The position numbers were made by a program, and so were the translations under genes. The notes beneath the pieces were generated by a model that saw only the letters and a program-made list of their open reading frames with translations, did no database searches and had not been told where the DNA came from. DNA of 64,000 bases from Chthonomonadales bacterium (lineage in GTDB: Bacteria; Armatimonadota; Chthonomonadetes; Chthonomonadales; CAJBBX01), in the NCBI GenBank assembly GCA_037443035.1, contig JBBIPC010000002.1:128001-192000 (forward strand). Reading direction: 5' to 3'. Every line of letters begins with the position of its first letter. The first letter of the stretch is position 1. This document shows, in pieces, positions 19,688 to 30,000 of this stretch.

Positions 19688-20971
19688 GTGCTGGTGATAC
19701 AGGACGTTGACGAGACATTGAAGCGGTTGCTTGCGACGGAGCTTGCCAAGCTGCCCGATACGCTTGTCTCGGACCCGCAACAGATCACCTTCGACTCACC
19801 GGCCACAGCCGAGGCGTCACAGCCAGATAAGTGCCGCCTGAACCTCTACTTGCACGACGTTCGCGAGAACCTCCAGTTGCGCGACCAATCGTGGGCGTTG
19901 GTGCGCAAGACGAACGAGGGCATAGCCGGTCGCAAGCGCCCACCCGTTCGTCTCGATCTGTCGTATCTTCTCACCGCCCACATGCCGCAGGACCCAGCAG
20001 CGGAGCACCGGGTCTTGGCGGACGCGCTGGGCATCCTCCTGCGGTTCCCTTACGCTCCTGAGAACTGCCTCGCAGGCTCCCTCGAAGGAAAGGGTCCCGA
20101 GGCAGTACTCATCAACGTGGTACAGCCTGATGATGTAGCGCACGGCGACGCTCACAACCTCTGGCGTGTGCTCGGAGGAAGCTTGCGACCGTCCGTGAGC
20201 ATCGTCGTCACAACCGAGTTCGATCCCTTCGAGACACGCTGGACGCGCGTGGTTCGCGAGGCAGTACTCGGGCTGGGCCAGGGGGTTCCGCCCCATGGAC
20301 CACGCCGACCTTTGGAGATGGGCGGTGTCAGGGTCAGCGCGGCCGGCGTCGTCACCACCGCCGACGGACAGAAGCCCGTGCCGGGCGCCACCGTCTCCGT
20401 AGAAGGACGTGACGAGCGTGCCACTTCGGACAGCCGAGGGTTCTGGTTCATCCTGGACCTGCCACCGGGCCCGAGGGTGCTTCGCGTCAAGAAGCGTGGC
20501 TATCATGAACAAGAGGTTCAGACGGTCTGTCCTCCCCCCGGTCGGCCGGACCAACTGGAACCCATTGTCGTGCGCCTCGAAGAGATGAGCGACGGTCAGC
20601 GCTCCGTGGAGGAACGCGTCTTGACCGAAGCCGCCCTGAACGCGCCGGATCTGGTCGAACTCGATAGGGTCTATACAGTGTCGCTCTCTGGTAGGCTCCG
20701 CTACCCGGACGGGCGACCTGCAGCGTACATCCCTCTCCGCATCGGTCGTCACCATACGACTAGCGATTCCGAGGGTGTCTACACGTTCCACGACCTCCCA
20801 CCTGGTGACCACATCCTTATCGCAGACGTGCCAGGGCGTGGGGAGATCACCGTCAAGACCGAAAACGGCGCTGGCATGCTTCAGCTCGCAGAGGCGGGCG
20901 AGACGAACAGCGCCACCCGAGACGCAAAGCCTGCTAGACGCACTAGGAAGGAGGTCGAGCCACCAGACTGA
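19688..20971 (+). CDS. Pvc16/Afp16-like (DUF4255) CIS cap protein fused to two carboxypeptidase-regulatory-like domains
   Basis: IQDVDETLKRLL, ITFDSP, LNLYLHDVREN, LDLSYLLTA, EHRVL, LRPSVSIVVT; C-terminal GVV...PVPGATV...TSDSRGF..LDLPPG repeated twice. Confidence 0.85.
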   Translation: MLVIQDVDETLKRLLATELAKLPDTLVSDPQQITFDSPATAEASQPDKCRLNLYLHDVRENLQLRDQSWALVRKTNEGIAGRKRPPVRLDLSYLLTAHMPQDPAAEHRVLADALGILLRFPYAPENCLAGSLEGKGPEAVLINVVQPDDVAHGDAHNLWRVLGGSLRPSVSIVVTTEFDPFETRWTRVVREAVLGLGQGVPPHGPRRPLEMGGVRVSAAGVVTTADGQKPVPGATVSVEGRDERATSDSRGFWFILDLPPGPRVLRVKKRGYHEQEVQTVCPPPGRPDQLEPIVVRLEEMSDGQRSVEERVLTEAALNAPDLVELDRVYTVSLSGRLRYPDGRPAAYIPLRIGRHHTTSDSEGVYTFHDLPPGDHILIADVPGRGEITVKTENGAGMLQLAEAGETNSATRDAKPARRTRKEVEPPD

Positions 20972-21065
20972 GATGTCCCGCAAGAGTGAAAGTCGCTGCA
21001 AGTAAGATCCGGGATGTGACCCGGCAACCGACCATGCAAATGAGACGAAGACCAAGGAGGTCGAA

Positions 21066-22931
21066 ATGCCTGAATACCTAGCACCAGGTGTGTTCGTAGA
21101 AGAGATCGAGAGCGGCTCCAAGCCCATCGAAGGCGTCGGCACCAACACGGCGGCCTTCATCGGCTACGCGAAGAGCGGCGAGTTCAACAAGCCCACGTTC
21201 ATCTCCAACTGGACCCAGTTCTGCCAGATCTTCGGCGAAGAAGAGAACATCATCGTGAAGGCCCTCTGCGACGAGCTGGGCATGCCTGCGGCAGAGCTTG
21301 TGGCGGCCAAGCGTGCGTCCCGGAAGAGCTGGATGGACTTCGCGATGGCGACCATCACAGCGGCCATTCGCGAGCGTCAGGCCTCAGGGAAGGCCGATCC
21401 ATCCAAGTGCAAGACATGGCCTGAGTTCGTCAAGAAGTATCAGATCCCCCAGGGCAGCCTGCCATACCTGGAGGGAAGCTACCTGGCCCATGCTGTGCGC
21501 GGCTACTATGACAACGGTGGCGGACGTGCTTATATCGTGCGTGTCGCCAGGCCGGATGACATCGCTGCGCTGACCTATGTGCCGGCGGGCGCTGGCGCCC
21601 AGGCTCAGCCGTCGGTGGCACAGGTGGCCGTCGGCGGAATCACGTTCAAGGCACTGAAACCCGGTCCCGAGGGCAACGATATCAAGGTCGAGGTCGAGGC
21701 AGCCGAGGGTGATGAGTTCCGGATCAAGATCACCCATGGCAGCGACACGGAGCAGTTCGGCTATGGTAAGGACAAGCCGCTCACCGTGCAGACGCTGGCC
21801 GATGCGCTGAAACGCTCCAAGCTAGTTCAGGCCGAAGTCACCGCGACTGCCACCAAGCCTGAGGCGAAGGTCTACACGCTGACCGGAGGCGCCGCGTTGG
21901 CCACCACTGGTCCGGGTACAGCGCTAACACCTGCCGGCTCGGCCGTATCCACCAGCCTTGCGAAGGTCTCGCCCAACGATTTTGTCGGTGACGAGGCACA
22001 GCGCACAGGCTTCAACGGTCTCGCAGTGGTGGAAGACATCAACTTCGTGGCGGTTCCCGACTTGATGGCGGGGGTCTTCACCAAGGTCGAGACCCCTGGC
22101 GGCGCCGTCGAGGAGGTGCTGACCATCACCGACCAGCGCAAGCAGGCCATTCTCGATGCTCAGTGCGCCTTGGTTGCCTACTGCGAACGCATGGGCGACC
22201 GGATGGCCATCCTCGATCCCCTTCCGGGCCTCACGCCGCAGGAGATGCGGGATACGACCAACAACACCGCGTATAACTGCGACCACGGCCAGGCAGCTAT
22301 CTACTACCCGTGGATCAAGATCGCCGATCCTACGCGGAAGGGAGCGCAGATGTTCTGTCCTCCTTCGGGACACGTCGCCGGTGTCTGGGCTCGCGTGGGT
22401 GTCGAGCGTGGCGTCCACAAGGCTCCTGCGAACGAGGCGCTGCTGGGCGCGGTGGATCTCGAGGTCAAGGTAACCAAGGGCGAGCAGGAGATCCTCAACC
22501 CCGACGGCATCAACGCCATCCGTGCGTTCCCCGGCACTGGTATCCGAATCTGGGGTGCCCGGACTCTCGCCACAGTTGGCAATCCGTCGTGGAAATACAT
22601 CAACGTCCGGCGTCTGTTCAACTACCTGGAGAAGTCCATGGAGCGCGGGCTGCAGTGGGTCGTCTTCGAACCCAACGACGAGGACCTCTGGGGCCGCGTG
22701 CGGCGCAATCTGTCGGCCTTCCTGTGGACCGAATGGAAAGAGGGCAAGCTGTTCGGATCCGTCCCAGAGGAGGCCTTCTACGTCAAGTGCGACGCTGAGA
22801 CCAACCCGCAGGAGATGATCGACCTGGGCAGGCTGTATGTGGAGATCGGCGTGAACCCGGTCAAGCCCGCCGAGTTCGTCATCATCCGCATCGGCCAGTG
22901 GTCCGGCGGCGGTTCTATCTCCGAGACGTAA
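21066..22931 (+). CDS. Contractile tail sheath protein (CIS)
   Basis: AAGGAGG RBS; MPEYLAPGVFVEE, PPSGHVAGVWAR, GVHKAPANE, IWGARTL, YINVRRLF, WVVFEPND, KPAEFVIIR. Confidence 0.97.
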   Translation: MPEYLAPGVFVEEIESGSKPIEGVGTNTAAFIGYAKSGEFNKPTFISNWTQFCQIFGEEENIIVKALCDELGMPAAELVAAKRASRKSWMDFAMATITAAIRERQASGKADPSKCKTWPEFVKKYQIPQGSLPYLEGSYLAHAVRGYYDNGGGRAYIVRVARPDDIAALTYVPAGAGAQAQPSVAQVAVGGITFKALKPGPEGNDIKVEVEAAEGDEFRIKITHGSDTEQFGYGKDKPLTVQTLADALKRSKLVQAEVTATATKPEAKVYTLTGGAALATTGPGTALTPAGSAVSTSLAKVSPNDFVGDEAQRTGFNGLAVVEDINFVAVPDLMAGVFTKVETPGGAVEEVLTITDQRKQAILDAQCALVAYCERMGDRMAILDPLPGLTPQEMRDTTNNTAYNCDHGQAAIYYPWIKIADPTRKGAQMFCPPSGHVAGVWARVGVERGVHKAPANEALLGAVDLEVKVTKGEQEILNPDGINAIRAFPGTGIRIWGARTLATVGNPSWKYINVRRLFNYLEKSMERGLQWVVFEPNDEDLWGRVRRNLSAFLWTEWKEGKLFGSVPEEAFYVKCDAETNPQEMIDLGRLYVEIGVNPVKPAEFVIIRIGQWSGGGSISET

Positions 22932-22945
22932 GCAACCACACCTGA

Positions 22946-22980
22946 GGGCGGACGCCCCGAGCAGCCTGGAGTGTCCGCCC
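22946..22980 (+). other. Intergenic stem-loop between sheath and tube genes
   Basis: GGGCGGACGC (22946-22955) pairs with GTGTCCGCCC (22971-22980); no U-tract. Confidence 0.5.
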
Positions 22981-23008
22981 CACTATCAAGAGGAAGGGAG
23001 ACAACACT

Positions 23009-23443
23009 ATGGCTGAAGTAGTCGGCGCCCTGCGATGGTACCTGGAGATTGACGGCATCACCGAGGGCATCTTCCGAGAGGTCACTGGCCTCGATTCGGA
23101 AACGGAGGTTATCGAGCATCGCGTCACTGGCAAGGGCGGAAACCTCGTCGTCCACAAGGTACCTGGCGCGCTCAAGTGGCCCAACATCGTGCTCCGTCGC
23201 GGCATTACCGATGACAAGCGGCTCCACGACTGGCGCAAACAGATCGAGAACGGCGGCATCGAAGCCAACCGCAAGAACGGCTCTGTGACGCTCTATGCTC
23301 CCGACGGCAAGGTCGTCTGCAAGTACACCTTCAAGAAGGCCTGGCCCTGCAAGTTCAAGGGACCAGCCCTAGATTCGACCAAGAACGAGATCGCCATCGA
23401 GGAGCTAGAGCTGGCACACGAAGGTCTCGAGCGACAGCAGTAA
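23009..23443 (+). CDS. Tail tube protein (T4 gp19-like, Afp1/5 family)
   Basis: FREVTGLDSETEVIEHR, PGALKWPNIVLRRG, RKNGSV, AWPCKFKGP, IAIEELELAHEG. Confidence 0.95.
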   Translation: MAEVVGALRWYLEIDGITEGIFREVTGLDSETEVIEHRVTGKGGNLVVHKVPGALKWPNIVLRRGITDDKRLHDWRKQIENGGIEANRKNGSVTLYAPDGKVVCKYTFKKAWPCKFKGPALDSTKNEIAIEELELAHEGLERQQ

Positions 23444-23461
23444 GCAACAAGAGGATAGCGC

Positions 23462-23815
23462 ATGAACAAGCCTACCAAGAGCGGTCTTCAGACGGAGTTC
23501 GACTTCGTCCTGCCACGCGGATACATTGACCAGAACGGCACTCTGCACCGCGAGGGACGTATGCGCCTAGCGACAGCCATGGACGAGATCGCTCCGCTGA
23601 GAGACCCTCGCGTCAGAGCCAATCAGGCCTACCTGGTTATCATCCTCCTGGCCAGGGTGATCACGAAACTCGGCACTGTCGAGGTCATAGACACGGGTGT
23701 CATCGAGAACCTCTTCTCGGCAGACCTTGCTTACCTGCAGGACTTCTACCGGAAGATCAATGACTTGACGCCCGAGGAGACCGCGGAAGAGGAGGCTGAA
23801 CCGGCGGGGGAATAG
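23462..23815 (+). CDS. CIS tail-assembly chaperone
   Basis: LQTEFDFVLPRGYID..G.LHREGRMRLATAMDEI.PLRDPRV..N.AYL, LFSADLAYLQDFY; lies right after the tube gene; ends GGG GAA TAG. Confidence 0.85.
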   Translation: MNKPTKSGLQTEFDFVLPRGYIDQNGTLHREGRMRLATAMDEIAPLRDPRVRANQAYLVIILLARVITKLGTVEVIDTGVIENLFSADLAYLQDFYRKINDLTPEETAEEEAEPAGE

Positions 23816-23973
23816 CCCGCTACCCCTCGAGCGCGCTCTACGAGGAGGTAGCCTACATCGCCTATCACTTCCACTGGTCGTTGGAGGAGATCCTGAGCCT
23901 GGAACACCGAGAACGGCACAGGTGGGTGGAAGAGATAAGCAAGATCAACCAGCGACTGACCGGGGGCGACTGA
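23806..23973 (+). CDS. DUF6760-like small CIS ORF with no start codon (probable -1 frameshift extension of the chaperone)
   Basis: Not in the ORF track. The -1 frame reads GGIARYPSSALYEEVAYIAYHFHWSLEEILSLEHRERHRWVEEISKINQRLTGGD*. An in-frame stop lies at 23797-23799 and there is no ATG/GTG/TTG before the conserved block. Confidence 0.85.
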   Translation, partial: GGIARYPSSALYEEVAYIAYHFHWSLEEILSLEHRERHRWVEEISKINQRLTGGD

Positions 23974-24048
23974 CAGCGCAAGACATCATAGCGCCTAGGC
24001 GCCCCCGCGACCTTGTACGACCGTAGACTGCGACAAGCAACTTCCGAG

Positions 24049-27000
24049 ATGGCCAGCATCGCTGAGCACACAAAGATTGGCAGCGCCGGTATTGCCGCGG
24101 CGGAGTTCGCGCGTCAGCGGCTTGCTGGTCGCACGGCCATGGGATTCCTCACGTCAGTGGGCACGGATGTTGCCAAGATCGGAGAGAGGTCGAGCACTTG
24201 GCTGGCAAGCGTCGCCAACGCTTATTATCAGTGGCAGCAAGACAAGGCCCGCGATGGAGCGGTGACCGAACCTGCTTATCCCGACAGCTACAGGGGGCCG
24301 AAGTACTCCACGTGGGAGGAAGCGCTTCAGCACGACACGCGCACCATCCTGTTCGTCAACGGCATGAACACAACGTTCGCCGACCACGAACGGCACAAGA
24401 GGCTGCTTGCTCAGCGCACCGGTCGGCCCGTGGTGGGCGTCTACAACTGGCCCGGTACTCCCACCGCCTACTCTCGGCATGATATCGTTCAGTACATCGG
24501 CTCCCTGCTCGATGTGAAGCAACCCCTTCTGGATGCTGCAGGTAGGTCAAGCAGCAATGCCGCCACCCAGACCCTCGAGCGCCTTCTGAAGCTCTATGCG
24601 ACGACACGCACGCCAAGCGCACCGCTGCGCGTGATCGGTCACTCGCAGGGATCGCTTATCGCTGCGACTGCACTCCGAGACGTCCCTGCAGCTCGCTCGC
24701 ACGTGGATTTCGAAGCACGCGGTACCATGCTCGGCTCGGTGCCGCGCGGTCTTCACGGTTTCCATGCACATGTGCATGAGGACGACTTGGTGGCGCGGCT
24801 GAGTCGACCGTTCGTGAGCACGATCCAAAGCCCATACGTCTGGCTTGGAACGGATGAAAAGACGCTTCCGCGAACAGAGGTCGGCGGAACCGGCGGGCAC
24901 GCGCTCGAGGGGTATCCGCTGGGTCCTGAGTTCATCCCAATGGACCGTGCCACCGATGCCGGCACTCTCGAGCGTTACCTCGTGCTTGTGGGCATCCCTC
25001 GCCAGCGCGCCGTCATCATCGCTCAGCGTGTCATCCACATGCGGGAGATCATCCGTCGGTGCCGAGCTGCAGCCGGTAGCATCGTGCGTTTCGTCGCCGC
25101 CCGTGTAGTCGAGCGGTGGCTGGCAGCTCGAACACGGTCGCTCCGCGTATGGCTCTCGGTCCGGTCGCGTGTTCGTACGCTTCTCGAGGATACCCGCCGC
25201 CGTGCACAGCAGGGCTTAGCCCATGCCCTGGAATCTGGCCGGCGCCTTCTGGCGCGCGCCCGACAGATGGTCCGGAGGCTCCAACAATGGGCCCGCGAGC
25301 GGATCCGCCAAGCCGTCGCCAGAGCAGAAGCTTCTATCCGACGCGCATGGGATTGGGCTCGGAACGCCGCAAGCAACGTGTGGGCGTGGGTTCGATCGAA
25401 GACCCGGTTCCTGCCATGGGATTGGGCAGGAGAGAAGGTTCGCGGCATATGGAACGCAGCCAAGTCCGTCGCTGAGCGCGAACGCACCTTCGTGAGGAGT
25501 CTTCGTCGGGCGACGTTGGACTTTCTCCGCGAACGAACCCAGGCACTCTGGGAGTGGGCTACGACCGCGGCCGCGGATCTCTGGCACCGAGCCGTCGAGG
25601 CGGCGGGTCGGGCCTGGGACTTTGCACGAAGCCTGGCGACACGACTGTGGCACACGGCAGAAGCCATCTCCCGCCGATTGACAGAAGGCGCCCGATCATA
25701 CGCTGAACGGCTGCGTCAAGAGGCACTCGACAAGATCAACGCTTGCTGGAAGTCGCTTCCGCCTGGAGTTCGCAACTTGGTTCTCCCTGGCGTCTCCATG
25801 GTCCGACGGCTATTAGGAGCAGGCCGAGAAGGTGCGAGAACCTACCGAAGATGGATACGCAGCGCGCTCGGCCGCTTATGGTCCTTCGCTAAGGGTCCAG
25901 TCGGCAGGGCGGCCAAGTGGCTGCGGAGCGCTGCCGGAAAAGCATGGGATTTCGCGCGGAGCCTTCTCGCCCGAGGCCACGATGTTGCGCGCGGTGTTCG
26001 TACAATCGCCGGCCGCGCGTGGGATTGGGGTAGAAAGCGCCTCGGGCCCCTATGGAACATCGCCCGCTCCTCCGTACGACGGCTGTTGCAGCGCGGTCTG
26101 ACGGGCGCCCGACGACTGGCCGAGTTCGGCAGGACTGTAGCGCGAGGCATCCTGGGGCGGCTCGGCCCGGGCGCCGCTCACTTGGCACGTCAGTTGGTGA
26201 GAGTGCTCGGTCCAGTGGTCGGCGGCCCAGCGTGGGTGGCTCGACAACTGGGACGCTGGGCAGGCGAGAGGTTCGGACGGCTTCTGAGAGGGGATCCACG
26301 GGCTCGCAGTGTCGTCCGCGGCATCCGGGTGGTCTCCCAACGGTTAGCACGCTTGGCTCGCGAAGGCCCCGGCGGCATGGCGGTGCGTCTCGGACGGTTC
26401 GTAGGCCGTACGTTCGGAGAGATGCTAAGGAGCGTGACATCGGGGCACGGAACGCGAAGCTCCCGGGCCGGACGCATTATCGGTAGGCTTCTCCGCGTGG
26501 TCAGCGGCGGCTTCCTGCCGGAGGCTGCTCGGTGGGCTGGTACTCTCCTTGGTCGGCTCGTACGGCGCGCCATGGAGCGGCCAGGCATTCTGGGTCAGTG
26601 GGCTGGTCGTGTGGTGGGGCGGCTCCTCGTAACGGCTCGAAGCGCCGCACACGGTCTCGATCGGGCGACGGGCGGCATGCTTGGCCGATTGGTGAGCCGA
26701 CTCGCCCACGGCGCTGGGACTGCTGGGCAGTTCATCGGCAACCTCTTGGGGCGCGCGGCCGAAGCCGTCGCGGAAGGCCGAGACCGCCTGGGTCAATTTG
26801 TCGGCGGCCTGGTGGGCAGACTGCTCGGCACTGCATCGCGGACCGCAGACCGCGCCAGGGAGACCACGGGTCGGATGCTCGGTCGCCTCTTGGGAGCCGG
26901 CCTGCAGGCTCTCCGGCGTGCGGATTCGCTATCCGGTGGGCTCTTAGGCCGAGCTCTTGGAGCAGGGGCAAGAGGGGCGAGGATCGTGGGCAGGCTCGTA

Positions 27001-30000
27001 GGCCAACTTGCAGGACACCTGTTCGGCAGCGCGACCCAGACCGCCCAACTCGTCGGGGGACTGGCCCGCGACGTCCTGGGCCGCCTCTTCAGCCGCGCCG
27101 CGAAGGGCGCCGGAGTTCTCGGCAGACTTGCCGGAACTGTTGTAGGCAGGATCGTCGTGCGTGCCCGGGAGCGCTTCGGGGCGGTCAGTGGTACGCTTGG
27201 TAATCTGGCAGCCCGCGGCATTGGTGTACTGGTGCGTGGGATCGGAACCGCCAGGAGCGTCGGAGGAGAGCTGCTGGGCAGGGCTGTTGGGTCTGGCATG
27301 CGGGCGGTGGCGCGCCTCCGGGCGTTCATTGGCCGCGGTATGAGCATCGCCGTCCGTACCTACCGCCGAGTGCTGGTGGCCCAGAGACATCTGGTGTCGC
27401 CCATCGGTCAGGCACTTGCTGGGATCGCTGCTCGCGTGGGCCGCCTTGTAACCGGTACCGCCGAGAGGCTCGGACCGCTCGCACGGGGAGCGCTGAGGGT
27501 GGCGGGCGGCCTTGCACGTGCCGCCGGCGGAGCCATTGGCCGGCTAGCACACAGAACGGGCGACTTCGCCAGTCGCACGGCGCGGCGTGTGTTGGCCAGC
27601 GCCCGAACCTTGGCCAGACCTCTTGTGGACGCCGCGAGACCCGTTGTTCGGACAGTGAGGGCTTTGGTCGGTTCGGCTGCGACCCGTGCCAGCGACATCG
27701 GTCGCCGCGCTGCGGCACCGGCACTGTCCCTCGCGCGCCGGGTCGGATCTCTCGTCGGCGGCCTGGCGAGTGGCCTACTGGGTCCAGCTACGCGTATCCT
27801 GCCGCGACCACCTGGCGGTGCTGCGAGACCCTTTACGGGACCGCTGACGGCATCCGGCGCCGCGCTTGGACGATCGCTGGGGACGACGGCAGGCTCATTG
27901 GTCACGATCGTGGCTCATCGTTCGACGGCGCCACCGTCCGTCACTCGTACGATTGCGGGAGCTGCGTCCGCGGTCGGATCGTTCGTTGGACGAGTAGCGC
28001 GAGGGTTTGGACTGTTCCGTGATGCCCTGCCGGGCGTGGGCGGTCCGGATCAGTACCTCGATGCGGAAGCCATGCGTAGACGCTTGATCGCCGGTGGCAG
28101 CACGGGCGCCCTTCTGCATGGTCCGACGCGCCAAACCATGGAGCAACACTTCGGCCAGGACTTCTCCCAGGTGCGCATTCACACTGACCCGACGGCAGGC
28201 ACAGCAGCCTCGGCCATGGGAGCGCGCGCATTCACCATCGGCAGCGACGTCTTCTTTGGTCCAGGACGCTACGACCCCCATTCACCTCGAGGGCAAGAGC
28301 TGCTGGCACATGAGCTTACCCACGTGATCCAGCAGACATCGGGCCGCATACAGGGACTGAGCCCATTCAGCCGCCAGGGTGGCGATACGCTCGAGCAGGA
28401 GGCTCAGCTTGCTGCCAAACACGTCCTCGCAAGGGTGGGGCGCCCCAAGGGGTTGCGCGTGGACGACTACGCCCGTACCTACGAAACGGAGGATGACGCG
28501 GAGATCACCGCCGCCGACCAGAAGCGCCTCGACACGATCTCTCTCATGGCCCTCCAGATGGTCGAGCAGTCCATGTTGCAGAAGGGCTACAAGCTGGAGG
28601 CCGAAGTTCCTTCGCTGGACGTCGACATCGAGCTGAACCTAGGTGAACTCAGCGACCAACAGGCCGCCATGATCTGGGCTGATGCCATCAGTGCCAGACT
28701 TATCGAAGAGCAACAACGGCCGCGGATAGAGGTCCCCGCTCCAGCACCGCGCCTCATGCGGGCACCAGACAAACCGGAACCGCAGAAGCCTCGCCTTACC
28801 CTTACTGAGGAGGCGAAGGCAGCGATCGCCAGGGACGTGGATGCCATTACCAAGAATGTGCGCTCCTGGTGGAGGAAGCCTGCGCAGATGGTGGAGCCGT
28901 TGCGCCGGTGGTACGAGGAAGATAAGCGCCTCTTCGGCGCTCTGGGCACACCGCACCTGGACTGGCTCATCTTCCAGATGCATCAGCGCATCTTCGACAA
29001 GGGCACTGTGATCACGCGCTTCACCAGCACCCTGGACGAGGTCGAGCGATATCTCGCGGACCGACCAGAGGGCGCCGCATTCAAGTTCTACAAGAGCATG
29101 AGTCAGCGATGGAAGAGCTACACGCCCGCCAAGGAAATGGAGGGCGTTGTCAGCTACATCGCCAAGCGCGAGGCGTACGCCGGATGGATGATTCTCAAGG
29201 GGATGGGCACTGCCCTGACCGGTCTGGCGGACGTTGGACTATGGGCATTCTGGAAGACCAGCGGTTGGCCGCTTCGGAAAGTGCTCCAGAAGTTCGGCAT
29301 CAAGGATGACAAGCTGTATCTCACCCCGTACATTGACAAGAAATTCGACGAAAGTGCTGATATCATCGCTCGCGAGCTCGGCATAGATGCGAACGAGCAG
29401 TTGTTTGGCAAAGTAAGTCTCAAGACGTTCAGCGAGGCGGGTGGGAAGGTCGTCGGCGGTCTCATGACGGCCGGAGCCCTTGGCCAGGTTGCAAAGGCAG
29501 GCCAGGCGGCTCAGGTAGCCGGCAATCTCGAGAAGGCCCGCAAGATTCAGCTCGGGCTGCAGGCCGTCAATGTGACGCAGGGACTGCAGCAGGTCGAGCA
29601 GCTCCACGACAAGGTCAAGCAGCTTCGGGAAGGACCGCCACCCCTTAGTTGGAGCGACATCGTCAAACGTCCGGACGTCTGGGCGCAGGTTGTGGGGATC
29701 ATGGGCACTGCCGTCGGCGCCAAGATGAGTTGGTCCCAGGCCAAGGGCATGATCTCCAAGACGGCGGAGAAGATAGGACTGGCGCTCAACGCGGCGCAGG
29801 TGGCACTCCTCACTGGTGCTTACGCCGCCGTGGACGACGACCCCACACTCAGCCCAGACGAGAAGCAGAAGGCCAAGGCGGAGATCCTCAGCCAGATCGT
29901 AACGACCGGTGCACTCATGGCCGACTCGGTCTGGGGCGCCAAGTACGAGGCCTGGAAACAGAAGCGGGCGGAGGCACGGCAGCAGCAGGCAGAAGCGACG

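Noticed and set aside
23881..23973. TTG at 23881 as an independent start for the DUF6760-like ORF
   Set aside because: It would remove the YEEVAYIAYHFHW block, the most family-typical part
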